A DNA stretch of 64,000 bases from an uncultured bacterium (GCA_965660855.1 CBFIBM010000007.1:1-64000), one strand, 5' to 3'. Positions 1 to 10,016 are shown, counted from the first letter of the stretch. A program made the numbers and translations. Notes: generated from the sequence alone by a model not told the origin.

Positions 1-1
1 C

Positions 2-316
2 ATTAGTGACGATTTAGTTATTAGCACTAAAAATTCAATTGATGAAAAAATACCTATTTCATCTATAAAAACGATTTCTGTTCCATTAAAAACAAGTTTC
101 ACGAGAGGTTTTTTAGTTGGTGCAGGAATTATTATTGTACCAATTACCATACTTTCTATTGGGAATCCAGAAGCACATTATGGAATAGTCTTTGCAAGTA
201 TAGCTATACCCGTCATAGCAGTTTTAGGTGGTTTAGCAAGTTATATTATTCCAAAGTTTAGGAAAACTAAAGTGTACTTAATTCAAGAAAATGAGTGGGG
301 AATAATAAATGACTAA
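2..316 (+). CDS. 5'-truncated hypothetical membrane protein (not in ORF track)
   Basis: Open frame from base 2 (ISDDLVISTKNS...GFLVGAGIIIVPITILSIG...WGIIND*) to TAA at 314-316. It has two hydrophobic segments and overlaps the next start. Confidence 0.7.
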   Translation: MSDDLVISTKNSIDEKIPISSIKTISVPLKTSFTRGFLVGAGIIIVPITILSIGNPEAHYGIVFASIAIPVIAVLGGLASYIIPKFRKTKVYLIQENEWGIIND

Positions 317-1037
317 ATATCTACCATTATTACTATTTATACTTTGCTTTGAAAGCACGATTTATGCTCAACAAGACACGCTTATCACTAAAAAGGGTAA
401 AATTTATTTTGGGACAATAGTAAATGATGATTCTAAATATATAGAATTTCAACCTCAAAATTGGACTTCGACTACTAAAATTTCACATGATAAAATTGGG
501 AAACTCATTTCCAGTGATGGAGTTGTTTTAATTCAAAATAGTTTTAAACCTATAAATAGTTTTAAACCTATAGAAAGAGTTAACGACAAAAAATTCATTT
601 ATTCATCTATGAATATTGAAGAAAAAGCTATTTATGATGCAAAGAAAAATGCCATCAGATGGATAGCTTATCCAATCTTGGGTATACCTATATCAGGAGG
701 TTTGGCTACTGCTACTTTTTTTATCTTCGAGGACATATACGGCGCACCTGATATTGTAGCGTTAGCTATTGCAACGATAGGAGGCGGTTTTCTCGGTCTG
801 ATTGGGTCCTATCATCTATTCAGTGAATTAGATAAAAAAAACATGGGAAATACTAGTACTGAAAATATTGAATTATATGAAAGAACGTACATTGAAGAAT
901 ATAAAAAGAAAAAATTACAGAATATTTTTATTGGTTCTGCCTTAATAAGTCTAACAACTGTTGCAATTATTGCTATTATTAATCCATTTGGCGGAATGGG
1001 TGATTATGATATCTGCTTTGACCCACGTTGTGACTAA
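309..1037 (+). CDS. hypothetical membrane protein with signal peptide
   Basis: N-terminal signal-like sequence, about 3 TM segments, C-terminal CFDPRCD. Confidence 0.7.
   Translation: MTKYLPLLLFILCFESTIYAQQDTLITKKGKIYFGTIVNDDSKYIEFQPQNWTSTTKISHDKIGKLISSDGVVLIQNSFKPINSFKPIERVNDKKFIYSSMNIEEKAIYDAKKNAIRWIAYPILGIPISGGLATATFFIFEDIYGAPDIVALAIATIGGGFLGLIGSYHLFSELDKKNMGNTSTENIELYERTYIEEYKKKKLQNIFIGSALISLTTVAIIAIINPFGGMGDYDICFDPRCD
536..572 (+). repeat. 18-bp exact tandem duplication (NSFKPI x2)
   Basis: AAATAGTTTTAAACCTAT at 536-553 and 554-571, in frame. Confidence 0.9.
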
Positions 1038-1317
1038 ACCTCACTAACTTATTTTTATATAGGTTATTTTAAAAGATATTTTAGATACTGGATTGGTAGC
1101 ACCAATAGCTTTGTAATTGTTAATCGAGTCCCCCACAATGTAATTCAAAAGAAATATTGATTTATTGATATATAAAGCTAAAAAATTTAGATTTTAATCT
1201 AATTAATTTCTTAAAATAAATTTTTAAATAAACATAATTTTATTTTTTTTAATATTTATTAGTCTTTCAATTACCATTAAATTATCCTAATTATTTAATT
1301 ATATCCTACTTTATATC

Positions 1318-2706
1318 ATGTTTAGAAAAATTGAGATTTGGATTTTATATTTAGTTTTAGTAATGGTTTTTATATCCTATATTGCTTTAGGTGCCCTTGT
1401 TCGCAGAGAAGCTTTGGGTGGAGGTAAATATATACCTCTCATATCAGAGATTTCAAAAGTTGCATATTTTTTAGCTGAAATTCCTAAAAATTTAAAATAT
1501 TCAAGATCAATAGATGTAAGATCACCTTGGGAAACACAAAGCCGTTTTTCTTCAGAATTTGGTTTTGTGGGTGATTCTCTAAAAAACCAAACTTACTTAC
1601 TTTTAACCCGATATAGTGGAAGTTTAAAAGAGTCTGTAGTTGAGCTAGTTGATTTGAAAAATTTCAAAATTATTCATACATGGAATCCTAACATTAAAAA
1701 GATTTTAAAAAATGTGAATATTCAAAAAAATAGAGAATGGAAGAATCTTCAAATTGACCACAGTGATTTTAGATCTTTAATTTTCCACCCCTTATTGCTA
1801 CCTGATGGTTCAATAATTTTTCATCTAAATGATTCTCCATTGATAAAAATTGATGTTAACAGCAACTTATTATGGATCAAAGAAGATGATAGATACCATC
1901 ATTCTTTAGAGCTTGATTCTGATCAAAATATCTGGTCTTGTGTAACATTATATCCTTATTTAATCGATGAAAAATATTCTGGTTCAGATTTTGGTAATTA
2001 TTTTGATGAAGGAATTAGAAAAGTAAATCAAAATGGTGAAATAATATTTCAGAAATCTGTTGCTGAAATTCTTGTTCAAAATAAGTTAGAGAATTTTTTA
2101 GTTTCTAATGGAATTAATTACGAAACAAAACCTATTCATCTTAACGATGTCCAGCCAGTTATGGAAGACACACAATATTGGAAAAGGGGAGATGTATTCA
2201 TTTCAATACGAAATCTTTCAATGGTCCTTTTATATAGACCAAGCACAAATAAAATACTATGGAAAGGTTTTGGTGATTTTTTCTACCAGCATGATGTTGA
2301 TATCATTGATGATAAACATATATCAATTTTTAATAATAATTATAAAAGATTTAAATCTTCTAGGGGTGTTGATGGTTTTAATGAAATCATTCTTTATAAT
2401 TTTGAAGCAGAAAAATACACAACTAAATTAAGGAATTCTTTAGCATTCGAAGAGGTTAAAACCTATACTGGGGGATGTCATAAAGTTTTAAAAAATGGAG
2501 ATCTTTTTGTACAAGAAAATGATTATGGGAGATTAATTTATTTTAATTCACAAGGAAATAAAGTATGGTCATTCATTAATAGAGATGAAAATAATAGTAA
2601 ACTTTATAAAGTTGGTTGGTGTAGAATTATAGATGATAACAAGGAAATAGAAAATATAAAAAAGTTCATAGTACCCAAAAATAATGAGATTATATATAAT
2701 GAATAA
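1318..2706 (+). CDS. arylsulfotransferase (ASST) family protein, membrane-anchored
   Basis: N-terminal TM anchor. ASST-like motifs YHHS, PIHLND, SIRN, YQHD, and beta-propeller-like repeats. Confidence 0.75.
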   Translation: MFRKIEIWILYLVLVMVFISYIALGALVRREALGGGKYIPLISEISKVAYFLAEIPKNLKYSRSIDVRSPWETQSRFSSEFGFVGDSLKNQTYLLLTRYSGSLKESVVELVDLKNFKIIHTWNPNIKKILKNVNIQKNREWKNLQIDHSDFRSLIFHPLLLPDGSIIFHLNDSPLIKIDVNSNLLWIKEDDRYHHSLELDSDQNIWSCVTLYPYLIDEKYSGSDFGNYFDEGIRKVNQNGEIIFQKSVAEILVQNKLENFLVSNGINYETKPIHLNDVQPVMEDTQYWKRGDVFISIRNLSMVLLYRPSTNKILWKGFGDFFYQHDVDIIDDKHISIFNNNYKRFKSSRGVDGFNEIILYNFEAEKYTTKLRNSLAFEEVKTYTGGCHKVLKNGDLFVQENDYGRLIYFNSQGNKVWSFINRDENNSKLYKVGWCRIIDDNKEIENIKKFIVPKNNEIIYNE

Positions 2707-2887
2707 AATTGGTATTATTTTTTTATTTTCAATAATTTTTTCTCCAGTATATGCTTACTTAGGTCCTGGAATGGGTGGTGGTCTTCTTACCGCTATAATC
2801 GGAATTATTGCTTCAATTATATTAGCTCTTTTTGGAATAATTTATTACCCCATTAAAAGATTTTTGAAAAGTCGAAAGAAAAAATAA
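2699..2887 (+). CDS. small membrane protein with AYLGPG motif
   Basis: MNKIGIIFLFSIIFSPVYA-YLGPGMGGG-TM-basic tail. ATG at 2699 overlaps the ASST end. Confidence 0.75.
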   Translation: MNKIGIIFLFSIIFSPVYAYLGPGMGGGLLTAIIGIIASIILALFGIIYYPIKRFLKSRKKK

Positions 2888-2893
2888 GATATA

Positions 2894-3265
2894 TTGCATT
2901 TAAATACATTTTCTCATCTTGAAATTATTATTTGTTCTATCCTTTCAATGGAGGTTTTTTTTAGATTAAACTGCACAAATATTTTTTTTACCATAAAAAA
3001 AGTATCTCTAAAAGTAGGTAAGATTTTGAGCTCTAAATATATTAGTGATCATTGGAAAGAAATAGTTTTACCTCATTATGCATCCATTTTATTTTTTAGT
3101 TCATTTAAGATACTTTTAATTTTTTTAATAATTATTTTAATATTTTTTTTGCCAGCATATTTCAAAAATAATATGAGAAATAATTTTATTACAATGCTTG
3201 AAATTTTTGAATCTATTGCAATATGTTTTTTTTATTTTAAAGTAAGGAAATTTTATATTGAATAA
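2894..3265 (+). CDS. hypothetical membrane protein
   Basis: About 3 hydrophobic segments and an SDHWKE motif; coupled to the sulfotransferase. Confidence 0.65.
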   Translation: MHLNTFSHLEIIICSILSMEVFFRLNCTNIFFTIKKVSLKVGKILSSKYISDHWKEIVLPHYASILFFSSFKILLIFLIIILIFFLPAYFKNNMRNNFITMLEIFESIAICFFYFKVRKFYIE

Positions 3266-4223
3266 TTATTCGAAAGTTCAAAAAATATTACATCAGATTG
3301 CATTATCTTCTAGGTTATTAAGAGAAATATCTTTTGATTTAGAAAAAATAGTCTTTTTTGATGAGAAATTTAAACTAAGTGATAATCATGTATTTATATC
3401 AGGTTTGGCCAGGTCAGGAACCACTATTTTACTTAATGCCGTTTATGAAACAAAACAATTTGCATCTCTGACTTACCAGGATATGCCATTTATTTTATCG
3501 CCTAACTTTTGGTCAAAATTAAGTCTAAAAAACTTTGTATTTACAAAACAAGAGAGGGCTCATAAAGACGGGATAAAAATTGACATTAATTCAGCAGAAG
3601 CTTTTGAAGAGGTTTTTTGGATGACTTTTGACTACAAAAAAGCTGAAACATTTTTTGAATTTAATGCTTTTATTCAATTATTGTGTATGAAATACAATAA
3701 AAAACGATATTTAAGTAAAAATAATCAAAATATTCATAAAATTGACTTTTTGATAAAAAACTATCCAAATTCAAAAATACTTATTCCCTTTCGTGAACCC
3801 TTACAACATGCGTTTAGTTTATTACATCAGCACAAAAGATTTATCTATTTACAAAAAAAAGATGATTTTATCAGAAAATATATGTCTTGGATCGGTCATA
3901 TTGAATTTGGAATAGACTATGTTCATGACACTTATGATAATATTATTTATGATAACACCTATGAATTGAACCACTGGATTGAGCAATGGTACCTTTCATA
4001 CAATGCTTTGAAAAAGTTTAAAAATTCAAAAAATATATATTTTATTTCATATGAGAAATTATGTACGGATAATTTGGTGTTTAGATCAATCCTTGATTTT
4101 TTAAATGTAGACTCTAAACTGAATTTTGATTTTCAAGAATCAAAAAAAGAAATAAATATATCGTTTGATGCTGAATTATATGATAAATCTGTAAGCATTT
4201 ACAAAGAACTAAATGATAGATAA
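3258..4223 (+). CDS. PAPS-dependent sulfotransferase family protein
   Basis: 5'-PSB loop FISGLARSGTT, then LSKNN and PFREP (3'-PB-like). Confidence 0.85.
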   Translation: MNNYSKVQKILHQIALSSRLLREISFDLEKIVFFDEKFKLSDNHVFISGLARSGTTILLNAVYETKQFASLTYQDMPFILSPNFWSKLSLKNFVFTKQERAHKDGIKIDINSAEAFEEVFWMTFDYKKAETFFEFNAFIQLLCMKYNKKRYLSKNNQNIHKIDFLIKNYPNSKILIPFREPLQHAFSLLHQHKRFIYLQKKDDFIRKYMSWIGHIEFGIDYVHDTYDNIIYDNTYELNHWIEQWYLSYNALKKFKNSKNIYFISYEKLCTDNLVFRSILDFLNVDSKLNFDFQESKKEINISFDAELYDKSVSIYKELNDR

Positions 4224-4324
4224 ATATTAATTTGAGAACTTCAATTAAAATATATCTATTTCAATGTTATTCATTTAATACTAATTATAAACGTGAAATT
4301 TGAAAATATAAGTCGTAGAGTTTT

Positions 4325-4441
4325 TTATTTGTAATTAAAGTATCTATAAATAGCTAAAAGAATGTTAATTACGCCACAAACAATGAGAACCTGACTTACC
4401 CATGATAATTTTTTTAAATATTTTTTTAAGAAACCTTCCAT
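4325..4441 (-). CDS. small 38-aa single-TM protein (below ORF-track cutoff)
   Basis: MEGFLKKYLKKLSWVSQVLIVCGVINILLAIYRYFNYK*, with AGGAG about 10 nt upstream of the ATG. Confidence 0.6.
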   Translation of the reverse strand: MEGFLKKYLKKLSWVSQVLIVCGVINILLAIYRYFNYK

Positions 4442-4595
4442 CGAACTTTTTCTCCTAATCTAAAAGTAATTTAATACTTTTATTTATTAAAGTCTTTTTT
4501 GTATTTTACTAGTGATTAGAGTTTAAAGTCTATTGTGGAAATAGAGGACTTTGTTGTTCTAATTATTCAACCCTAATCTACATATTCAAAGAAGA

Positions 4596-5678
4596 TTAAA
4601 GAGTCTTTATAATAACATTTCGATCTACAAGATAATGATTAATGTATTCCCAACATAAATTTTCTCTTCCAATAATTTCCGGTGGAAATACTCCTGTTTT
4701 TTGATATCTTTTATCTAATAATAAGTTTACTGTCGCCGTTGCTGTAAAGCCAGTGGTTCTAGACATTGAGCTTGAGTTTGTCTTTTCATCGTACTCATCG
4801 TAGAGGCGATAGTGGATTTTTTTCTCTTTAGATTTTATTATAATATCTAGTATAGTGAATTCTTTTTCTTTAGGCTCTAGTCTCCATTCTTCAAAAAGTT
4901 TAGTTAATGTGTCTTCAATTTTTTCCGGATTAAACATTCCTTCATCTATATATCGAGTCATTAGCTTAGCATGTCCAGGATATCTAATTGTTTTTTCTTT
5001 CATATTTGAAATATGGGGCATTGTATCTAAAATTGATCTTAATCCATCAGTATTGAAAGCTTCTAAAGTTCCTAAATCTCCAAAATTTATTTGTTCAATA
5101 TCAGAAAGAGCAGGTTTTGTGATTATTTTAGATTCCATCATCATTCTTGCGGGTCTTGTATATTCTTCGATTACATCAATTGGTGAAAAAGGAGCTTTAT
5201 ATCTGAAAGGAGGTTTTGGATTTTTGGGAAGACCACCAACAAAATATTCAAAAGAATTTATGGCGATGGATTTGTCATGGTAACCCAAAATATAATTTGG
5301 GATTCCTGGAGCAACACCTGCATCAACAATTACAGTTACATTATTTTCTTTCGCTAATTGATTTAAACTTAAAGTGTTTTCAGAAGAGAAGGAGATATCA
5401 ACAACATTTTTTTTATTTATAATGATATTCTTTAATGCCTGGAAACCTAAAAAACCTGGGACAGCAAGCAAGACAATATCTGCATTTTTTATAAAACTAG
5501 AAACTTCATCTAATTTTTTAACATCAACTTTACTTATATGGATTGAATTATCTTCATGTTTTATTGATTCCAATCTTCCTAGGTTATTATCTGCTAAAAA
5601 AACAGTATGGTCCTTAGATAAGTCTAATGCCATGGTTCTACCAACTAGTCCTGCTCCTATTTGATATATATTAGCCAT
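4596..5678 (-). CDS. saccharopine dehydrogenase / lysine 6-dehydrogenase family protein
   Basis: Rossmann GAGLVG, plus GVAPG, VGGLP, FNTDGLRS, EKTIRYPGH, SMSRTTG. Confidence 0.85.
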   Translation of the reverse strand: MANIYQIGAGLVGRTMALDLSKDHTVFLADNNLGRLESIKHEDNSIHISKVDVKKLDEVSSFIKNADIVLLAVPGFLGFQALKNIIINKKNVVDISFSSENTLSLNQLAKENNVTVIVDAGVAPGIPNYILGYHDKSIAINSFEYFVGGLPKNPKPPFRYKAPFSPIDVIEEYTRPARMMMESKIITKPALSDIEQINFGDLGTLEAFNTDGLRSILDTMPHISNMKEKTIRYPGHAKLMTRYIDEGMFNPEKIEDTLTKLFEEWRLEPKEKEFTILDIIIKSKEKKIHYRLYDEYDEKTNSSSMSRTTGFTATATVNLLLDKRYQKTGVFPPEIIGRENLCWEYINHYLVDRNVIIKTL

Positions 5679-6735
5679 CGGAAAAACATTTTTTTAAGAT
5701 TGATTGAAAATGGTGAAGTCCTTTTTCACTTTTTTTTGAAATTCGGCCTCTATCAAACCCATTACTCTCAAGCCCTTTTTGAACTTCCTGGCAAATTTGA
5801 ATGTCTTCTTGCTGAACTTCTTCACTAAATTTAAAATCAGTGATAATAGATTTATCATTCAAATCTTCAAAATAATAGTCAAAATGAACTCTACAACTCT
5901 TTGAAGATCGAGGTTCAACTATATTTGTTTGAAGACGACCTGGCGCAATATTAAGTAACAGATTAGGAAAAATAGTAAAGTAGAAAGCTTTGTTTAATGA
6001 AGTTTTAATTTTTTTGTAAGGACTTAATTCAGGTTTTATTGGACTCCACTGTAAAGAATAATTATCAAATAATTCTGTTTGATAAGATTTATAATCTATC
6101 AGTTTATTTAATCTAGGGTGTACAAATGGGATATGATAACCTTCTAAATAATTATCAATATATATTTTCCAATTTGATTTAATATTATATGACACACGCG
6201 AGTGATACTTGTAGGATGAAATATTTAATGGATAAATATGACCTTTAATATTATCAATTGGCATATCAAATAAATTATTTTTGGAAAAATTTATAAAGAT
6301 CATATCCATCCAAATTTTTAAATTAATTGATTTTAATCCATAATATTCTCTTTGAAAGTTCTTAACCTCTGAAAAGTCTCGTACTTTTTTTAATGAACCA
6401 TCTATTTCATAAATCCATCCGTGATATTTACATTGGAGAAATTTAACAGAACAGTTTTCTCTAATAATTGGACCACCACGATGTTGGCAAACATTATAAA
6501 ACGCTTTTATAGAAGAATCTTCCTGTCTAACAATAATGATCGGATTATCTAAAACTTCATAAATAATTGTATCTCCAGGATTTGGAATTTTGGATTTTGA
6601 TCCGATTAGATGCCAAGATTTATTAAAAATAGTTTTTTTTTCAAGTTCAAATATCTCATCTTCATAATACCATTTTGAAGGAATAGTATAAGAATTTTCA
6701 ATTGGAAAGTTCTCCAAATATTGAGGTTCAATCAT
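5671..6735 (-). CDS. Rieske oxygenase alpha subunit, choline monooxygenase-like
   Basis: Rieske CQHRG...CKYHGW; mononuclear Fe site NWK..DNYLEGYHIPFVHP. Confidence 0.88.
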   Translation of the reverse strand: MIEPQYLENFPIENSYTIPSKWYYEDEIFELEKKTIFNKSWHLIGSKSKIPNPGDTIIYEVLDNPIIIVRQEDSSIKAFYNVCQHRGGPIIRENCSVKFLQCKYHGWIYEIDGSLKKVRDFSEVKNFQREYYGLKSINLKIWMDMIFINFSKNNLFDMPIDNIKGHIYPLNISSYKYHSRVSYNIKSNWKIYIDNYLEGYHIPFVHPRLNKLIDYKSYQTELFDNYSLQWSPIKPELSPYKKIKTSLNKAFYFTIFPNLLLNIAPGRLQTNIVEPRSSKSCRVHFDYYFEDLNDKSIITDFKFSEEVQQEDIQICQEVQKGLESNGFDRGRISKKSEKGLHHFQSILKKCFSDG

Positions 6736-6739
6736 TAAA

Positions 6740-7621
6740 TTATTTTACTCTTAAAAAAGGTCGAGTGAGGCAGGTTGGTCCACCTGAACCTTTGAGCGAT
6801 ATTTCTAATCCATCATATTTAAATACTTCTACACCATTTTTTATAAGACGCTCTTCTGTAATAGGGTTCCCTTCAATCATTAATACTTTTTTTGGAGCAA
6901 GAGCCAATACATTACATCCCATCGATAAATATTCTGATTCAGGGACTTCTATTAAATGAATTCCTTCACTGAGTAAGAATTTTCTAAAGCTGACAGGTAA
7001 TAACCTAGAATAAACTAAAAATAAGTTACTATCGATTGGTGATAAGTTACTCATTAAGTGGAGACAATCATCTTTTCCTGTCCAATGTGGTAAAGGAACT
7101 GTTATGATTTCATCAATTAAATCACCTAATATATTTTTTAACTGGTTAATACCTTCAGCATTCGATCGATACCCTTCGCCTACTGCAATTACTCTTTCTT
7201 TAATCCACACAATGTCACCGCCCTCTAGAGTACCTGGGTATTTAATTGTACCTAGAGTGGGAATTCCAATCGAATTTAAATGATTTTCCATCAATTTAGG
7301 CTCTTGGGACCTGTCTTTTTTCCCCATTCTAGAAAAAATAGCACCTTTATTTGATATCAAACATGGATCATGCGTATATATAGAATCAATAGAGGCTTCT
7401 TCATTTAAAGGTAGATAGTGTATTTCACAACCAAATGTTCCTAGAATATTCAAAAAATTATCAAAATCTGAGCATGCTTTTTCAAAGTTTGGTATTTCTA
7501 AGTAATTTAGTTTTTTACTTTCTCTGTTAAGTTTATTTTGATTTATATATGCATCTTTAGGATGTTTAATGAGTACTTTTCTCAATGAATTAACCATATT
7601 TTGGCATCCATATTGAGCCAT
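6740..7621 (-). CDS. amidinotransferase / dimethylarginine dimethylaminohydrolase family protein
   Basis: Pentein motifs DSIYTHDP, LEGGD, HL, GGPTCLT. Start moved to ATG 7621, just after the queF stop. Confidence 0.85.
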   Translation of the reverse strand: MAQYGCQNMVNSLRKVLIKHPKDAYINQNKLNRESKKLNYLEIPNFEKACSDFDNFLNILGTFGCEIHYLPLNEEASIDSIYTHDPCLISNKGAIFSRMGKKDRSQEPKLMENHLNSIGIPTLGTIKYPGTLEGGDIVWIKERVIAVGEGYRSNAEGINQLKNILGDLIDEIITVPLPHWTGKDDCLHLMSNLSPIDSNLFLVYSRLLPVSFRKFLLSEGIHLIEVPESEYLSMGCNVLALAPKKVLMIEGNPITEERLIKNGVEVFKYDGLEISLKGSGGPTCLTRPFLRVK

Positions 7622-7625
7622 TCTT

Positions 7626-8012
7626 TTAAATAGATCCTTCAATACATGTCGTCTTGAAGCCACCTCTAATATTATATATTGTCGTGATTCTTAACTTGTT
7701 TGTATTTAAAATATTATTTAAGTCTGTAAAAATACGCTTTGTAGCCGCCTCTTGGTAAATTCCAACATTTCTAAAACTAGTAAAATAATATTTGAGAGCT
7801 TTTAGTTCTACGCATTTTCCACCAATAGGGTAATATTCGATTATGACATTAGCAAGATCAGGTAAGCCACTAAATGGGCAGACTGCACTAAATTCATTTG
7901 TCTCTGTTTTAATATATTGCTCAGGACTATTAAAATCAAAAACTTCTAAAAAAGACGGATTAATATTAGTTTCATCTAAAAATTTGAATTTTTTTCCATC
8001 AGCTATAGCCAT
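7626..8012 (-). CDS. queF: preQ0 nitrile reductase (type I QueF)
   Basis: [13 protein letters not shown], QueF motif ELKALKYY, C-terminal RGG. Confidence 0.92.
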   Translation of the reverse strand: MAIADGKKFKFLDETNINPSFLEVFDFNSPEQYIKTETNEFSAVCPFSGLPDLANVIIEYYPIGGKCVELKALKYYFTSFRNVGIYQEAATKRIFTDLNNILNTNKLRITTIYNIRGGFKTTCIEGSI

Positions 8013-8013
8013 C

Positions 8014-8370
8014 TTAATCTCCTTTGTAACTGCAGCCAGTTGATTCAGTTTCTCTAATAACTATTTTATATAAGCCGGGTAATTTAGGCTTTAGATTTAA
8101 CCAAATCCATTGACACATGTTCTCACTAGAGGGGTTTTCTAAACCAGGTATATCATTTAAGTATTTATGGTCAAGTTGGTTAAGTAGCGGTTTGAAAGCT
8201 TCATCAATTTCAGAAAAATCCATTACAAATCCTGTATTTTTATTCACTCTTCCACGTACTACAACTTTTACCTTAAAAGAGTGCCCATGAACATTTTTAC
8301 ATGGGTGATTTTTTGATAAATTTGGCAATGACCTTGCTGCTTCAATTGAAAATATTTTAAATGTATCCAT
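8014..8370 (-). CDS. queD: 6-carboxytetrahydropterin synthase
   Basis: CxxxHGH, GFVMDF, LDHKYLN, NPSSEN, RET; located in the que operon. Confidence 0.9.
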   Translation of the reverse strand: MDTFKIFSIEAARSLPNLSKNHPCKNVHGHSFKVKVVVRGRVNKNTGFVMDFSEIDEAFKPLLNQLDHKYLNDIPGLENPSSENMCQWIWLNLKPKLPGLYKIVIRETESTGCSYKGD

Positions 8371-8378
8371 AGCAGAAC

Positions 8379-9011
8379 TTAAGGGATTCCAAGTAATTTA
8401 TGAGTTTGATAACTGATTTTCCATTTTGGATTTTTACGAATAAATTCTTCAGATTTCATAATGTTAAATTTTTGATTAATATTATCCATTGGCTGGATAT
8501 AAAAATGGATAAATTGTAATTCTTCAAAATCAAGTGGGTTTATATCTTTTTGAGGGTATACAACTTTCAATTCATGCCCCTTATCTAAGAGAAATTTAGA
8601 GTTCGCTTTGGGGCTTACACAAATCCAATCGATTCCATTTGGAGGTAAAATCGTACCATTAGTTTCTACTCCTATTTCAAATCCAGCAGAATGAACGGCC
8701 TCTATTAATTTTTGATCTAATTGTAGTAAGGGTTCTCCACCGGTAAAGACTATATATTGTAGTGCAGGTTGATTTTTAGGCCAGAGATTTTTAAAAATGT
8801 TAATTAGTTGATTCTTTGAATATTTTCCTCCATTTACTCCATCATTCCCAACAAAGTCAGTATCACACCAATTACAAATTGCATTTTCCCGGTCTTTTTC
8901 ATATCCACTCCAAAGATTGCATCCAGAAAATCTACAAAAAATAGAAGGCCTCCCGGTATGGAAACCCTCACCTTGGTATGTAAAATATATTTCTTTTATA
9001 GAGTACATCAA
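8379..9011 (-). CDS. queE: 7-carboxy-7-deazaguanine synthase (Cx14CxxC-type radical SAM)
   Basis: QGEG, C-x14-[25 protein letters not shown]. Confidence 0.93.
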   Translation of the reverse strand: MMYSIKEIYFTYQGEGFHTGRPSIFCRFSGCNLWSGYEKDRENAICNWCDTDFVGNDGVNGGKYSKNQLINIFKNLWPKNQPALQYIVFTGGEPLLQLDQKLIEAVHSAGFEIGVETNGTILPPNGIDWICVSPKANSKFLLDKGHELKVVYPQKDINPLDFEELQFIHFYIQPMDNINQKFNIMKSEEFIRKNPKWKISYQTHKLLGIP

Positions 9012-9709
9012 GTATAGTTGAGAGGATCTTTACTTAAAGCTTTTTCAAAGCCTTTTTTACGCAGAACACATGCATCACATAAACCACATGGATCACCATT
9101 TTCTTTAGGATCATAACAACTTGAAGTTAAGCCGTAATCTACACCTAATTCTAACCCAGATGTGATAATCTGAGCTTTTGTCATATTGATGAGTGGAGTA
9201 TGTATTTTAAATCGTTCTCCTAAGACACCTGCTCTTGTGGCGAGATTGGCTGTTTTTTCAAAAGACTTTATGTACTCTGGTCTACAATCTGGATATCCAC
9301 TATAGTCTAGCGCATTTACACCAATAAAAATATCGTATGCGTTTAAAGTTTCAGCCCATGCCAATGCTAATGATAAAAAGACAGTATTTCTTGCGGGAAC
9401 ATATGTTACAGGAATATCATTTTTATCTTCCAAAGTTCTATTTTTAGGTACATCAATATTATCTGTCAATGCAGAGCCACCAAACTGGCTTAAATCTATA
9501 TTCACAATTGAATGATTTTGAATATTATAATGATTAGCTATAGCCTTCGAAGCTTCAATTTCAAAATTATGACGCTGTCCATAATTTAGAGTAAGAGCAT
9601 ATGGGGTAAAGTTATTTTTTAATGCTTGTACAAGACATGTAGTAGAGTCTAATCCTCCGCTAAAAAGAACAACAGATTTTTTTTTATGTTTTTTTATTTT
9701 TATCATCAA
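9008..9709 (-). CDS. queC: 7-cyano-7-deazaguanine synthase
   Basis: [28 protein letters not shown]-terminal Zn cysteines. Confidence 0.95.
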   Translation of the reverse strand: MMIKIKKHKKKSVVLFSGGLDSTTCLVQALKNNFTPYALTLNYGQRHNFEIEASKAIANHYNIQNHSIVNIDLSQFGGSALTDNIDVPKNRTLEDKNDIPVTYVPARNTVFLSLALAWAETLNAYDIFIGVNALDYSGYPDCRPEYIKSFEKTANLATRAGVLGERFKIHTPLINMTKAQIITSGLELGVDYGLTSSCYDPKENGDPCGLCDACVLRKKGFEKALSKDPLNYT

Positions 9710-10016
9710 CTAGAATTATTTTAGGAGATAAATTATTTTTTTCAGTAAGAACATAGCTAGCAATTATAACTTTATCTCCAACTTGGTTTAATCTTGCCGC
9801 AGCTCCATTTAAACAAATTTCTCTTTTTTTTCCCGGAATTACATAGGTAGACAATCTATTGCCATTAGTTATATTGTAAATATCAACTTTTTCAAATTCA
9901 ACTAAATCTGCCTCTTTCATTAGATCAACATCAATAGAAATTGATCCTTCATAGTTGAGGTTGGCATCTGTTACTGTTGCACGATGAATTTTTGATTTAA
10001 GTAAGGTTCGATACAT
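9684..10016 (-). CDS. panD: aspartate 1-decarboxylase
   Basis: [15 protein letters not shown] autocleavage site, TYVI, NGAAAR. Confidence 0.95.
   Translation of the reverse strand: MYRTLLKSKIHRATVTDANLNYEGSISIDVDLMKEADLVEFEKVDIYNITNGNRLSTYVIPGKKREICLNGAAARLNQVGDKVIIASYVLTEKNNLSPKIILVDDKNKKT

Noticed and set aside
1038..1200. Possible minus-strand gene remnant after the first full ORF
   Set aside because: Short open stretch with no convincing start, RBS or recognisable motif.
7626..8012. QueF-like amidinotransferase / archaeosine or dpd DNA-modification system
   Set aside because: The protein keeps the NADPH-related QueF motif (ELKALKYY), so it is a true nitrile reductase. No dpdA/tgt paralogue is in the window.
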